A DNA stretch of 64,000 nt from a virus (Duplodnaviria > Caudoviricetes): positions 150,258 through 214,257 of IMG/VR virus record IMGVR_UViG_3300011008_000004. One strand, given 5' to 3'. The notes under the pieces were generated by a model. It had not been told where the DNA came from and did not search any database. It saw nothing but the letters and a program-made list of their open reading frames with translations. How positions within the stretch are numbered: the first letter of the stretch is position 1; every line of letters begins with the position of its first letter. The translations under genes were made by a program, and so were the position numbers. Below are positions 1 to 12,878 of this stretch, piece by piece.

Positions 1-28
1 TTTAATATTTATGCAATATGATTAATTT

Positions 29-109
29 TATTTCCGGAAGTCGTTTATATATTAATTTAAAATATATAATTATTATATAATATATTAATATAAACACTAT
101 TTCCGGAAG
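29..109. other. Paired TATTTCCGGAA palindromic sites flanking an almost pure A/T core (copy 1)
   Basis: TTCCGGAA at 32-39 and 101-108; the same architecture recurs at 52690-52770. Confidence 0.6.
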
Positions 110-565
110 TTAAATATTCTTTAATTCTTCAAATGCTTTTATATCAATTTTAATAAGTCTTAACAATTGTTGAATATTTGTTAAATCATAATTTTGAAAA
201 TATAATGTTAAAACTTTTGATATTTCTAATGCTCTTGCATGTTTTAAAAATAATTGTTTGTCATCTGCTCTTCTACTAAATAATAAAATTTGATTTAGCA
301 TAGCTGCTAATGTTGTTAAAGCTTCATTCGGATCTTCAACTTGTTTCATTATATTAGTGTATAATTTACTTTTATTTTTATTATGATTTTGTCTTATTCT
401 TTCATAGAACGCTATAACATCTAATTGTCTATGATCATTTATAAATTTTATAACATCTACTGGAAGTTCTTTAGACTTATATAATGTCTAAATTTGTGTA
501 GTAGTATCTATGCCATTGTTTTCAATTTCAGATAACAATAACAATAAATCATTTTTAGTTATCAT
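110..565 (-). CDS. Hypothetical protein (151 aa, one in-frame TAG)
   Basis: ATG at 565 with AGGAG RBS reads through a TAG into track ORF 110..349. Confidence 0.7.
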
Positions 566-611
566 GTGATATATTTCTCCTTTCGTATCACGAATTGGTT
601 TTTAATTATTT

Positions 612-2537
612 TTAGAAATTACTTGAATCAGTAAAATCTAAATTTAAATCAGCTGGTCTTGGAAGTGGTTGAATTGAGTCATTAGTTTCAACTGGCCCTT
701 CTATTTCAACTGGTTCTTCTATATTTTCTTCAGGTTCAGACCCTATGTTATCAACAACTTGATCCATAGGCTCATCTATACTCATATTTAAATCTAATGA
801 ATCATTGTCGTCTACATCACTAATCTCATTAGTAGTATCATCTTCAGATTTAGGTTCTTTTTGTTCTTCTTTTTCAGCGGCCATAGCATCTATAGCGTCT
901 TGAATAAGCTGCATTGCTTCACCATCATTAACAATGCCTGACAACAATGTTTTAGTAATCTGTAATTTAGTAACTTCGTCTGTAATGCCTTCTAATAATT
1001 GCATAACATCTCTTGTAACAGATACTTTATTCTGTAAGTTACTACGTCTATCAACTTCTTCTTGAGTTGTAGGTGCTACCATATGTAATTCAAATTTATT
1101 TACGTATTCAGTTAAACCAGCGTCTATACACATTAAGTTTATAGCATCTGTTAATGCTTGCATTAAAGCATTTTGATTATGTTTAACTGTCTTAGCATAT
1201 CTACTTGATTGTAATGCTAATGAAGATCCGCCATTAAATCCTGCAGCATCATCAGTATCACCTAAGAATTGTTTAGGAATTTTTATACCTGCGTATAATT
1301 TATTCTTAAAATAGTTAATATCATCTAAGCCTTTAACGTTAGGATCACCGCCAATTTCTTTAGTGTCAATATTTCCTACGCCACCATGTGTAGGAATATA
1401 AACGTTATTTTCAGTAGGACCAGCATTATTATATTCAGTTAATGAACCACCAGCATTTATAGCTGTTTTTTGCTCCATTAAAGATTTAATACCTTGTAAG
1501 TGTGGTCCAACATTTTCTTTTGGCATATCACCTACTTCAACTTGAATAACTCTTACAATAGATGATTTAGTTACTCTGTTAAGTAGCATTGAATTTTCAA
1601 GTAAATTCATTTCACGCCATATTTTATATTGTGAATAAAATACTGATTGACCACGTTTTACAGTGTAGTTTAAATCTTTTCCTTGAGTACCATCTAATTG
1701 ATCATTATCAGGTATAAAAATACTAACTTCTTCAGGAGTTCTAGTTGTATTATCTTCTAAAACGGCATGAACAAAGTCTCCTGCTCCGTGTAAATCAACG
1801 TCATTTTTATTGAATCTATATTTAAACATTGAAGAATACATACCTTCATTAGCTCTTAAATCAGCATTAGTGCTATTTAAGTCAGCTTCTACGTAAGCGT
1901 ATGTTTTACCATGTTTAACTAATTCAAATATTTTTGCAGGATTAGGCTACATTTCAACATAACCAGTGTAATGATCATTGGGTGAGTATGCAATTATATT
2001 TACGTTTTCATTTAATTGTTTTCTTTCTTCAACTTTATTACCAAATAATTCATCATCTTCATAATCAGATTGTCTATATAATCTTAAGTATAGGTCACCG
2101 TATTTACATAGACTTAGCATCCACTTGTATGCATTCTTATCAGCATTCATTGTGTCTAATAAATATGTTACATATTGCGTTACGTTGTCATCTGCGGATT
2201 CACACCAAATTATTTTACCGCTGTCATTATATTCAGTACCGTCTTGTGCGTATATTTCTAAAGCTGAAGCAATACGACTATCTTCACACATAGTGTCAAT
2301 CATTTGATACATCTAGTCTCTGCGTTGAGATACACTAGTAAAAGACTATATAGAACTAATATCTAAAACTTCAGTTGATCCTTCATTTACAATATTAGTT
2401 AAAATAGTATTTTTAGTATCAATACCTATATTAGCCTAAGGCTTAGGCATTGCTTTAGGCTTCTTATTATAAATATTTTTATTATCTACAAATGCAGAAT
2501 CTTTCTCTGTATTTAATACACTGTCGTTATTTGGCAT
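612..2537 (-). CDS. T4 gp20-like portal protein (TAG-recoded)
   Basis: Track ORFs 612..1841 and 1947..2312 are in-frame across TAG 1947-1949; motif LENSMLLNRVTKSSIVRVIQVEVGDMP resembles gp20; GAGG RBS before ATG 2537; adjacent to terminase. Confidence 0.85.
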
Positions 2538-2550
2538 TTAAATTAACCTC

Positions 2551-4569
2551 TTATAAAACGATAATACCTTGAGATAAATACGCTCTATTCCAATCTTCTT
2601 CACTTATCTCTTCTTTTTCTTGAGCAATGCTATTATACTAACCCATTGTTCTCTGTAGTTCTTCTTCGAATTGTCTATTCATCTCAGCGACCTAAGATGA
2701 TTGACTTGCAGAAGAACTTACTTGTTTAATAATATCAAGTGTCTCACCGTAATCAAATGCATATTGCTCTGCAAATTTGCTAGCTGTGAATACTGATCCA
2801 CATACTGCGTCGAGTACGTCCTTGTGTCCATTTGCAGGGTGATCTACTTTACCACTATTTATATTTCTTTCAATCTAAACAAATTCATCAAATAATCGTT
2901 CAGATTTATACATTACAAATCTTTTCTCATACACAGAAGATTGTAAATACTAATATGGTTTGCATATATGATCACTATCAACTCTATCAACTGATAGAAT
3001 TTCACAATCAAAACCTTCTGCTATTAGTTGTTGTCCAGTGTCATAAGATTGGAATGTATCGTATGTAATTTTCTTTATCTTAAATCCGACATTTTTAAGC
3101 CATCTTATAAAATTTCTATTCTTTTCAAATGAAATCTATCGGCCTTTAGGTGCTTTTATACTTGTACTAAAAGCTAATCTAAAACTTAAATCTCTTGCCT
3201 ATTGATTTGGATCTGTACTAACTTTTTTACCTATTATCCAAGTTCCAGCAATACCAGTCATATCCCCACTTACTGACATATCTAAATGAATAAATAAAGG
3301 TTTACTCATTAGTTCTTTTGGAATATTCTGCATGTCAAAATAGTTATAATACTAATCAACATCTTCAGAACCATTACCCGTTTCTATTATGTCTGGAAAT
3401 GGGTTTTTAAAGTCAGGATTTATAGCTTCTGTAACTCTTTCAGCTGACATGTACTTATTAACAGATGCACTTGATATACCAGCGTAATCGCATAGCATTC
3501 TCTCTAAGTCTTCTAACGCTTTTGCTTTAAAATCTATAGGAGCTGCTATTACTCTATAACCTTTATCTTTATAGAATTGTATATCAGCATCATTAGGTAT
3601 AACCAAACTTGCCTTATACTTATCACCTACGCCAATATAAAATATTTCATTACTATATGTGCCTTTAGGTTTAACTTCCCAAACAGGTTTATCTACAACT
3701 AAAGTATTACTGCCTTCTGTTTCCTATAATGTTTTTATATACTCTTCCATAAATGATTGCTCACTACGTTTAGAAGAAGCAACACATAACATTGTAGGAT
3801 TTTTACCCTCATGAACGAATCTGGTTAACATGCCGCCTATAGCTGTATCAATCATATTCTTTGCTTTTTCTTTCTGTTTATCTATATCTTGATTTCTAAT
3901 AAAGCTGATTTCATCAAAAAATGCAAAAAATACAGGTTTACCAATTACATCGTCTGCTTGAGATCCAATAACTATATTTATTGGATCAGGAGGAACCCAG
4001 TAAGGTTGATTATTTCTCTAAGTTATACTTCCTTTTGACATAAACCAAGGAGACATCTATATTGTTTTCTAAAACTTACTAATAGCGATCTCTTCTGATA
4101 GCGCTAATTTAATATTCATAAAAGCAAATATTATTTTTTCAGTAAGTTTTATATGATAATAAGATAATGGATCTTTTAAACACATTAAACGATACATTAA
4201 ATATGTGCCTACTGCACCACAAGCCACTTCAGATTTGCCAATACCACGAGCGCCAGACTCAAGTAATGTGTTATAATCAGTATCTATATTATTAGGAAAT
4301 AATTTCTTTAATATATCTAACCAAAAAGGATACAACTTTAATTTGCCACTAGCATCTTTCCAAGCTTTTCCTAAGAATCTATCATCTGTTAGAAATGTTT
4401 CTATGTCTACAGGGATTTCTTTAAAGTCGTCATAAAGTAAATCATCAAAAGTCTATGACTAACCTTTATCTGACATCTCTCCTAAAATCTACATAACCAT
4501 AGATTTTTCTTGTTCAGATAAATCATTTAAGTTATTTAATTGTGATATATCTAGTTCATTCGACATCAT
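2551..4569 (-). CDS. terL: Terminase large subunit (TAG-recoded)
   Basis: One frame interrupted by TAGs; Walker A GARGIGKS, Walker B FAFFDE, RNase H-like nuclease motifs FIHLDMSVSGD and HKDVLDAV. Confidence 0.9.
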
Positions 4570-4587
4570 CGACCTGAAATTCCTATT

Positions 4588-6027
4588 TTAATTTAGTAGT
4601 TTCCCAGATGAGTAATATCTATTTATCTTATCTAGTACCTCATCAGATGTGTAATCATTATAGTTGTACGTTTTATATTCACCATTTGTTTCAGTATGAA
4701 TTAATACTGTTTGTTTATTTGAGAACACAAAATCTAACCAAGTTAACAACGAGTATAATTGAGTTACAGAAGGTTTATGTTTAGGTAAAACTATGTATGG
4801 ACTTATCCAAGAATCTTTACCGCCTCTGCTTCTAACTCTTATGCAATTTAATTTAACTTCTAAAAATTGACTGCCATCAGCAAAATCTAAATCTTGATTT
4901 TTAATATACTTCTTTTTCATTAAGTATTTATCTATATCTAAGTGATTGTTTGATTTTAAAAATTCACCTGTAGGTAAAATATAGTATCCACCATAAGCTG
5001 GTTTATTTGTTACCTCAAAATTATTTTCTAAATCTTGTAAAATAGTTTCATCATCTACTTCGCTTGATAAATCAATCTCATTATAGTAGCTTTCTTTTAA
5101 TATCAAATCATCTGGATATTTTATGTCATTTACATTTTGAACAATTAAAACAGGCTATGGTTTATCATACCCACACAATTCACCTGCAACAATCATTCTA
5201 TGACGGCCTTCTTGACCATCGTCATTATAATTTAAAAAACAAATAGGAAATTTTCTATGATATCTAATTATTACATCTCTTAAATGTTCTATAATATTTT
5301 CATCATTTTTAGTTTGCTATATTTGTTTTTCTCTAGTGCTATTAAATAATTTAGCACATTCATCAAAGTACTAGTTAGGCGTCATCATTATGATAGAACC
5401 AATAACACCTTTTCTATCTCTCATATATTTAGCATCATGTAATATATCATCATAATAGCTTACGCCTGTTTTGTTTTTGTCAAATATGTCGCATGACTCC
5501 ACATTAGAAGCTGAAGTACCATAATCATAAAATTTCTACTCACTATCTAAATAAGCTTCATTTTGTGGGACTTTATTTGTTTTAAAATAATACTTTAAAT
5601 CTTCAATAATAGATTTAATTGAAATATGTTCATAATCCCAAAAATCTATTTGATAACCATTTTTATCTGAAATTTGAATTGAAAAATATTGTCTATTGTA
5701 ACCTAACTGTTTTATAACATTTAAAAGTGTATTATATTGAGCATTTGTAGGTTCTAATATCAGTTCGATACCCGGTATTTCTGGCGATAATCTAATATTA
5801 CCTTTATTCATAAATGCTAATAAACTTTCAGGACCTTTGTAGTATAATTCACCATCAAAAGCATCGCATATGGATCTATGATCTATTATACGTCTATTTT
5901 GACCACCTGAAAAATCTAACAAAGAGCCATTAATCGTTATAAAAGCTGCTTTATTAGCATTAGCAGTAGTTCCAAATATTTTTATAGCATTCTATTCTAT
6001 ATTTTCATTCAAATGTATTAATTTCAT
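4588..6027 (-). CDS. Multidomain putative head-packaged protein with a ParB-like QEGRHR segment and a C-terminal domain paralogous to part of 49829..51901
   Basis: Track ORFs 5536..5922 and 4588..5106 are one frame across TAGs; starts MKLIHLNEN. Confidence 0.65.
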
Positions 6028-6074
6028 GTTTTTATTATATAATATACAAAAATTGTGATATACAAAATCAAAAG

Positions 6075-6107
6075 GGAGATTTCAGCACTTTTAGCTAAAA
6101 TCTCCCA
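6075..6107 (-). terminator. Intrinsic terminator
   Basis: GGGAGATTT...AAATCTCCC hairpin followed by a T-tract on the minus strand. Confidence 0.65.
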
Positions 6108-6136
6108 AATAATTTCCTAATTAGTTAAAGTGCAAC

Positions 6137-6520
6137 TTATTTATTTTCAACCTTTAAAGTATAAATTGTACTTTCAATTAAGCTCTTTAAGTAATCACTC
6201 ATATCACCAAAATTCTTAGTAATATAATCTATAGCTTCTGGTGCTAATTGATGTTTTATTTTATTTAAGCAAGCTTCTAATGCTGCTTTTTGAGCATCTT
6301 TATCAAACTTACCTTCTTCTTTTAGTTTCTCAACATATGTTTGATATGTTTCTTTAACAGCATTTGTTGTTATTGAGACTATATTCGTTAAATAACCAGC
6401 TGCTTTTTTATCAGCTATTTTAGTACTTATCCATTGACTAAATTTTGTAACTGCTAGTGTGCATAAGCCAGTTATAATAGTTCCTAATGCTGCAAGTAAA
6501 ATTTGAACAATTTCATTCAT
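6137..6520 (-). CDS. Holin-like membrane protein
   Basis: N-terminal hydrophobic helix with a charged helical tail, typical of Bacillota phage holins. Confidence 0.5.
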   Translation of the reverse strand: MNEIVQILLAALGTIITGLCTLAVTKFSQWISTKIADKKAAGYLTNIVSITTNAVKETYQTYVEKLKEEGKFDKDAQKAALEACLNKIKHQLAPEAIDYITKNFGDMSDYLKSLIESTIYTLKVENK

Positions 6521-6535
6521 CTTTCAATCACCTCT

Positions 6536-6952
6536 TTATTTGTTATTTTCTTTAATAGGTAGATTTTCCATTTCTTCAGCCCAATAATTTACATATTCTT
6601 TAAAACTATTTCCACCTAAATTTTCATAAGTTTCCATTAATTGTTTAAAAGTAGATTTATCACCAATATCGGCATAACCTTGTTTTCTACATCTTTCTAA
6701 GATTGCTTTCATATTACATCTAGATTCTAACACGTCACTCGCTAATGATAGATTAGTCTTTTCCTCTAAAGCATCTATTTTTTTAGATATAAGATCTATC
6801 TCTTCTTTTATGACTTCCCTCATTTGCTCTTGTTTTTCAGATTTAACTCTATCTTTAGCTTTTTTAGTATTAGACTTGATTGCACACCATAGTTCTTTTA
6901 TGACTAGACTTGCAATACCAGTACTACAAATAATAGTCAACCATAGTGGCAT
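6536..6952 (-). CDS. Membrane-anchored coiled-coil protein (lysis-module type)
   Basis: N-terminal TM segment, YENLGGN motif, next to the holin-like gene; preceded by the GCTAAATTA motif. Confidence 0.45.
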   Translation of the reverse strand: MPLWLTIICSTGIASLVIKELWCAIKSNTKKAKDRVKSEKQEQMREVIKEEIDLISKKIDALEEKTNLSLASDVLESRCNMKAILERCRKQGYADIGDKSTFKQLMETYENLGGNSFKEYVNYWAEEMENLPIKENNK

Positions 6953-6997
6953 TGTAATATCTTCCTTTTAAATATAAATTTTATTTAATCTTAATCA

Positions 6998-7585
6998 TTA
7001 CTTATATAATTTAGCTCCAATTTTAGACGCAGATGCTTCCACCCAAAAATCATCATAATATACATAAGCGCCATTTTCATATTTTGGAATTTCTATGGTT
7101 ATCAACCATATAAATATAATTATAAAGTAAGCAGCTATACAAGCGCCTATTATCTATAAAAATAATAAATCAAATAAAATTCCAAGAATTATGCATGCAG
7201 CACTTATTATCCAAAATATGGTACAAAGAATTAATGAATAAAGTGTTTTACTTCTCTATGTTTTAAACTCTCTGAGCCAATATCTTGTAGCACTCGGTAT
7301 GCATACTATGAAAGGCATTAAAGGACCTAAAATTATATTCTGAATACCGTGTCCTGATTCATGTTGTTTTAAATGTTTTCCAGGATTTTTACAACATATG
7401 AAAAAACATCCAGCTTCAAAACCACCCCAATTTTCACCAACTTCAAAATATATGTTCTAATAAAATCTTTGGGGTTTATGTCCCGTTATCAATAAACCTA
7501 AGGCACAAAAACAACCAAATAATGTCATAATTACACCCCAGGTAAATGATAAAATATAGAATAATATAATTTTAATAGTTTTCAT
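6998..7585 (-). CDS. Membrane protein with HExxH motif (putative metalloprotease); missing from the ORF track
   Basis: MKTIKIILFYILSFTWG...HESGHGIQN; interrupted by TAGs, ends TAA. Confidence 0.6.
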
Positions 7586-7602
7586 ATATAATCCTAAAAT
7601 GA

Positions 7603-7629
7603 TCCTAGAGGCTTTTACACCTCTAGGAT
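7603..7629 (-). terminator. Intrinsic terminator
   Basis: TCCTAGAGG/CCTCTAGGA inverted repeat just after the fibre gene. Confidence 0.55.
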
Positions 7630-7643
7630 TTATTTATGTTTAA

Positions 7644-9674
7644 TTATTGAATTTCGCCATCGTCTATAACTATATCAATAACTGTATAGTTTGTAGCACC
7701 ATTTAATTTTACTTTTAATTGATTGTTACCAGTACCATCTGATATATATGTTATATCATCAGCTGCTTTTGTAATAGTACCATTACTATCTATGCTTAAG
7801 CCGTTACCATTGGTAACTTTAACAGCTCCAGCTGTTCCAGTTGAGCCTAAAGCCATTGCAACGACACCATTACTATCTATGCTTAAGCCGTTATTATTAG
7901 TAATTTTAACTGTACCTAATGTTGAAGTAGTAGCTTTAAACGCTGAGTTAGAATGATTAGTCCAAGTAGGTGCTGTATTTGCGCCATTGGATATTAATAC
8001 TTGATTAGATGATCCACTTCCAACAGGAGCATAAATATTGAATCCGCCAGTTATACCTAATTCATAGCCATAACGTCCAGTACCAAAATCATTTTTAGGT
8101 GTTAAAGTGAAATTTACATCAGATCCAGTATCTGCAGTACCATTTATTTTAATTGCAGGGGCTGTACCATTATATCTAAATTCAGCGACTGGGATTTTTA
8201 CATCATCAGGATTTTTATCATCTGAATATGCGATATTTAAAGTCTGTTTATGATCAGCGTAGTCATTTTCAGTAGTTTCTATTTTTGATATACCACGTCC
8301 ATTGATTATTTTAAATACTTTTGTATCTTTTACATATTTACTACTATCATCTTTTTGATCGTACTCAATATCATACTCATTCACACCAGAAGATGCATCA
8401 TTGTATGTGCCATTAAGTTTAACTTCTTTTATACCACGTCCAACAATATTATCTAAAGTTATATCCAAACCAAATTTAAGATTTGCTTCGTCTAAATAAA
8501 CAGTTGTACTACCTGTAGGACTCCAAAGATTTGTTCCTGGATTCGCTACATTATATGTTACATCTACATCTCTAGCTATTGGAAGGAAATCACCCCTAGT
8601 AAATGAACCAGTTGGACCGGTTGGGCCTGTTGCACCTTGAATACCCTAACCACCTTGAGGGCCTTGTGGACCTGTAGCGCCTGTGTCACCTTTTACACCT
8701 TGTTCGCCTTGAGGACCAGTTGGACCTTGAATACCCTGAGCGCCAGACATGTCTGTTAAAAATGCAAAGTGTGCGGTATCTTTATCTAACAATGTGGTAT
8801 TATCTTTTCTTACATATAATCTACTATTTTCTTCTTGTTCAACAGAGTTAGCTATTAGAACGAATTTACCTAGATTCACATTAGCATAATCAGCTTCCAT
8901 CAATTCAACAGAAGAGTATGTTTTATAAATACTAAATCCTTCGCCTTTATCACCTTTGTCGCCTTTGGGACCAGTAGGACCTTGATCACCTTGAATACCT
9001 TGAATACCTTGAGGACCTTGAGGACCAGTTGCACCTATATCGCCTTTTTCACCTTGAGGTCCGGTTGGGCCAGTAGCACCGGTAGCGCCGGTATCACCTT
9101 TTGCTCCAGGAGCGCCATCTTGGCCAGGAACGCCTTGAATACCTTGAATACCTTGAGGACCTGTAGCTCCAGTTGGACCTGTAGCACCATCTTGGCCATT
9201 TATGCCATCAGCTCCAGCGGGGCCTGTTGGACCGGTTATGCCATCTTGCCCATCTCTACCGTTTGTACCAGGAGCTCCAGTCGCGCCTGTTGCACCAGTA
9301 GCACCTGTAGGTCCTGTTTCGCCTTGAATACCTTGGCCACCTTGAGGACCTTGAGCTCCTGTAGGACCAATTTCACCTGCAGGACCTGTTGGACCTACTT
9401 CGCCTAATTTTTTCCACTCAAAATTAGTTGGAGCTACAGTTATAGCGCTTTGTATAAAATTGTCTAATATATATAAGCAGCAATCCTCTTGAACAGACAC
9501 TATCATACCTTTATATATAGGATAGTATATGTTACCAGCACTTACAACTGCCCAAGTGCTTGCCGAACTAAGATCAGATATACTATTAACAGTTTGTCTA
9601 GCGTCAAATGGACTAGCTTGTGTTAAATCATACGAAGTATCAATAGTTAGGGCAAATTCATCTAATTTTCCCAT
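7644..9674 (-). CDS. Collagen-like fibre protein (676 aa)
   Basis: Long Gly-X-Y tract; ORFs 8646..9674 and 7644..8468 join across TAG 8646 (GPQGG*GIQG versus [10 protein letters not shown] earlier in the same protein). Confidence 0.85.
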
Positions 9675-9701
9675 GTCTATATCTCCTTAAATGTTGCGAT
9701 G

Positions 9702-10439
9702 TTATATCTACTTTGTAACTATTATGCATAGTTTTAAATTTTGTAACTATGAATTAGCTACACTTATGCCTATATCACTTAATGTATATTGTGCAAAACC
9801 ATCAATTTCAGTACGTATAAGCATCTATTCAATTGTTTTTTTACCTGAACCAAAAGGCTTATAGGAATCTGTTAAACTGTCATATAACATAATGCCTATA
9901 ATTTGCATATTAGAATCTATCTATATATTAAATGCATCTTTAGATAATTTAATATTATAATAACCTTCAGCGTCTACTAATCCGCCTGCATTTAAATCTA
10001 TTTTAAATCCACCATGCTCTAAATCTTTAGATGAAAAATAATACTAATTATTTTCAAGAGGATTTATTTTAACGTTATTTACATAAGCAAATCTATTAGC
10101 AGCGGTGGCTTCTTGATTGTAATACTCATAAATATTATTTACTAAATCACTAACTGTGAAATCAGTTTTACCACTATCGGATAAATAGTTCCACCAAGCT
10201 GTTAAACCTACTTGTTCTTTGCTTATGTTAGTAACTGCTTTCTATAACGAGTCTGTAGTAACAATGCCTGTAATAAGATCTGTAGTAGGCGTTGGCTTAT
10301 AATTAGATCTATAAAGAGCATTTATTAACTCATACGTTTTGGTTTTATCAGATAAACCATACCAAGATTTAAGTTTATAATTTAAGGAGCTAAAATCATC
10401 TACTAATTTTACAAGTGTTCTTGTGTCATTTTGAGACAT
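9702..10439 (-). CDS. Hypothetical virion protein (several TAGs)
   Basis: Track ORF 10242..10439 continues through TAGs to TAA 9702. Confidence 0.6.
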
Positions 10440-10452
10440 TTATAATCCTCAC

Positions 10453-11220
10453 TTAAATTAAATTATTTAAATCAGTTATTGCTGTGCCTATTGTTGTCTG
10501 TAAAGCAGTTACAGTACTCTATAAAGAGTTTATATTATTTTTATTTGTAGTAATTTGAGTCACGCCAACATCAGTAATTCCAGAATTAATAGCATTTAAC
10601 TGATTCGTGGTTAAAGAATCTTGCTTACTACCTAAAGCAGCTTCAGTTTCTGATTTAGTTAAAAATTCACCACCTATAGTGATAAGTCCATCTATTTGTG
10701 TATAAGTTAAACCATTAAATTTAACAGATGTGGTTAGTCCAGCAGCACCAATAGGACCAGTTGCACCAGTAGGTCCAGTAGGACCAGTTGCGCCTGTAGC
10801 GCCTTTTGCTCCGGTCGGACCAACTTCACCTTGATCACCTTTATCACCTTTATCACCCTTTTCTCCAGGTTCGCCTGCTGGACCAACTACTTCACCTGCA
10901 TCTAAAATAGTATCATCATTAAAATGAATAATTAAATGACCATTAATTATTTCTGTAGTAACAATAGACTTATTATCAGCGTCAGCTATAAAAGCATATT
11001 CACCTTCAGCATTCTTTTTGTATGTATAGAATTTATTTTCAGCTTCAACAAAAACTTTTAAGCCGTGATATGCTGCACCGTATTGTTCGTCTATAGATTC
11101 AAAATAAGTTGTATCAGGAACAATAAATCTTGCATCAATTGGATTAGGACCTAAAACTGCAAAGCCTGTAGCAAAATCAACAAAACCTTTAGTTTTTATA
11201 TATTCTCTAAAATCTGACAT
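10453..11220 (-). CDS. Collagen-like fibre protein
   Basis: G-X-Y tract; reads through TAG 10519 to TAA 10453. Confidence 0.75.
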
Positions 11221-11232
11221 GCTTAATCCTCA

Positions 11233-11802
11233 TTAAAATATAAATTTATATGAATATGTATATGAACCAGTTGAATATGCTGTTTGAATATATACATTGT
11301 AAGTTGCTTCATTTATAACTAATTCTAATTTACTAAATGAAGTAGTAACATCAAAACCTGTTTGTACATGTATAATTTTATTCAAATCGCCATAAACAGC
11401 TGGATAAGCAAATAAACATCTATTCTTAAGAGCTTCATAGGAGTATTCTTTACCTATACTCTTTTCGATTTTAATCTTATCTACTTCACAATTGTCCAAT
11501 ATAATTTGACTGGTTAATTCTGCTAAACTTGGTATAGTTACACAACCATGATAACAAGGTTCAGAATTTGCGCCACCTGTTGTCCAACTCAAAGTAATCA
11601 CCCCATCAATAACTTCTGCTTGTAGAATATAAGCGCCATCTTTTAAAGTTCCATCTGGATTTTTAGGTAATGTACTAAAATTAAGATCAGCTTTTATAGT
11701 TCTATCATCATTATTAACATCAGTTATAATTGAATCTGTAGCTAGTCCTGTGAAATCACATTCACCAACTTCATAATCTAATTTACCTTTTACTATTTCC
11801 AT
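11233..11802 (-). CDS. Putative tail/fibre-associated protein
   Basis: GAGG RBS before ATG 11802 (MEIVKG); structural neighbourhood. Confidence 0.55.
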   Translation of the reverse strand: MEIVKGKLDYEVGECDFTGLATDSIITDVNNDDRTIKADLNFSTLPKNPDGTLKDGAYILQAEVIDGVITLSWTTGGANSEPCYHGCVTIPSLAELTSQIILDNCEVDKIKIEKSIGKEYSYEALKNRCLFAYPAVYGDLNKIIHVQTGFDVTTSFSKLELVINEATYNVYIQTAYSTGSYTYSYKFIF

Positions 11803-11816
11803 TAAAAAATCCTCAA

Positions 11817-12191
11817 TTAATCTAAGATACACATCTAAGTCTTAGGAATTACTGATGTTATAAACTCTTCTTTCTTCCTAAAATACTTTATCTTTATTTG
11901 GTAATAATATTTACCGTCACATAAGTTTTCGGTCATTCTAGGCGGTATCTCAACCACTAAATCACCTTCTTTTGTTATAGTGGCATTTTCTTCTGTATAT
12001 TTAAATTTTACATCAGCATGTTCAAACTTTTGGTTAGGAGACATTATTCCCATATAAATCTCCCAGTTTCTATGCTTTAGTAAATTATATCTCACTGGTT
12101 TAAGCAATGTGCCTTGATTTATAAATAATGCAAACTTAACCGTATCGCCTCTTGCGAAAGATATGTTATTGTTTTTGCACACTCTAAGCAT
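11817..12191 (-). CDS. BppU-N-like baseplate/fibre adaptor
   Basis: RGDT N-terminal motif and GKYYYQIK strand; TAG read-through to TAA 11817. Confidence 0.45.
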
Positions 12192-12243
12192 AACTACTTT
12201 TCCTCATTATATACTAATTTAGCTTGATTTAACGTAAAAAATA

Positions 12244-12273
12244 AAGACCAGTGTAATTTTTACACTGGTCTTT
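12244..12273. terminator. Intrinsic terminator
   Basis: AAAGACCAGTGTAA/TTACACTGGTCTTT perfect stem. Confidence 0.75.
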
Positions 12274-12286
12274 TATATACTATATT

Positions 12287-12745
12287 TTAGAAAGACTTCA
12301 CAAACATATTAAATTTAAAAAGTAATTCTTGTAAACTTTCAGCTTGAAATATTTTATAACCATCATTTATATTTATATCAGATAATTTAGGTGTGTATTC
12401 ACCTGGTTGAGTTTTTACAAATAATTTAAATTTATTTAATAAATTTTTTAAGTATTCTTTTTCAAATTCTCTTATAAGATCATAACTTGTTTCAATGTCT
12501 AAAAAGTATTGCTTAGAACCTCTATTATAATATACTAATAAGTCATTTAGTGAATAGAATGAAGGTTGCATTGTTTCTGTTGGAGATACTACTGCAAATA
12601 TAAATTTGTTATCTGCACAATTATATTCGTTGTCTTCCCAATCTGGATATAATTTTTTATATTTTTTAGCGTTTTTTACACGTATGTTTTTGCATCTTTT
12701 AATTTCTTTGTTCATTAATTTGTTTAGTTTTTTATTATTAAACAC
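12287..12745 (-). CDS. Hypothetical protein
   Basis: Intact TAG-free ORF with an upstream TTGTATA motif. Confidence 0.55.
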   Translation of the reverse strand: MFNNKKLNKLMNKEIKRCKNIRVKNAKKYKKLYPDWEDNEYNCADNKFIFAVVSPTETMQPSFYSLNDLLVYYNRGSKQYFLDIETSYDLIREFEKEYLKNLLNKFKLFVKTQPGEYTPKLSDININDGYKIFQAESLQELLFKFNMFVKSF

Positions 12746-12790
12746 TATGTAATTTCCCTATATTTTAAATATATAATTATATACAAAACA

Positions 12791-12814
12791 AAAGACGTAG
12801 ATATCTACGTCTTT
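12791..12814. terminator. Terminator downstream of the tRNA
   Basis: AAAGACGTAGATATCTACGTCTTT palindrome. Confidence 0.65.
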
Positions 12815-12878
12815 ATTATGTCTTATTACAGACAATCACTATAAATAGTAATGTATTTAGCTATATATTTTATAGTTA

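Noticed and set aside
8590-9400. GC-richer periodic repeats as a CRISPR array or foreign island
   Set aside because: The 9-nt periodicity is explained by Gly-X-Y collagen codons; no repeat-spacer structure was seen anywhere in the window
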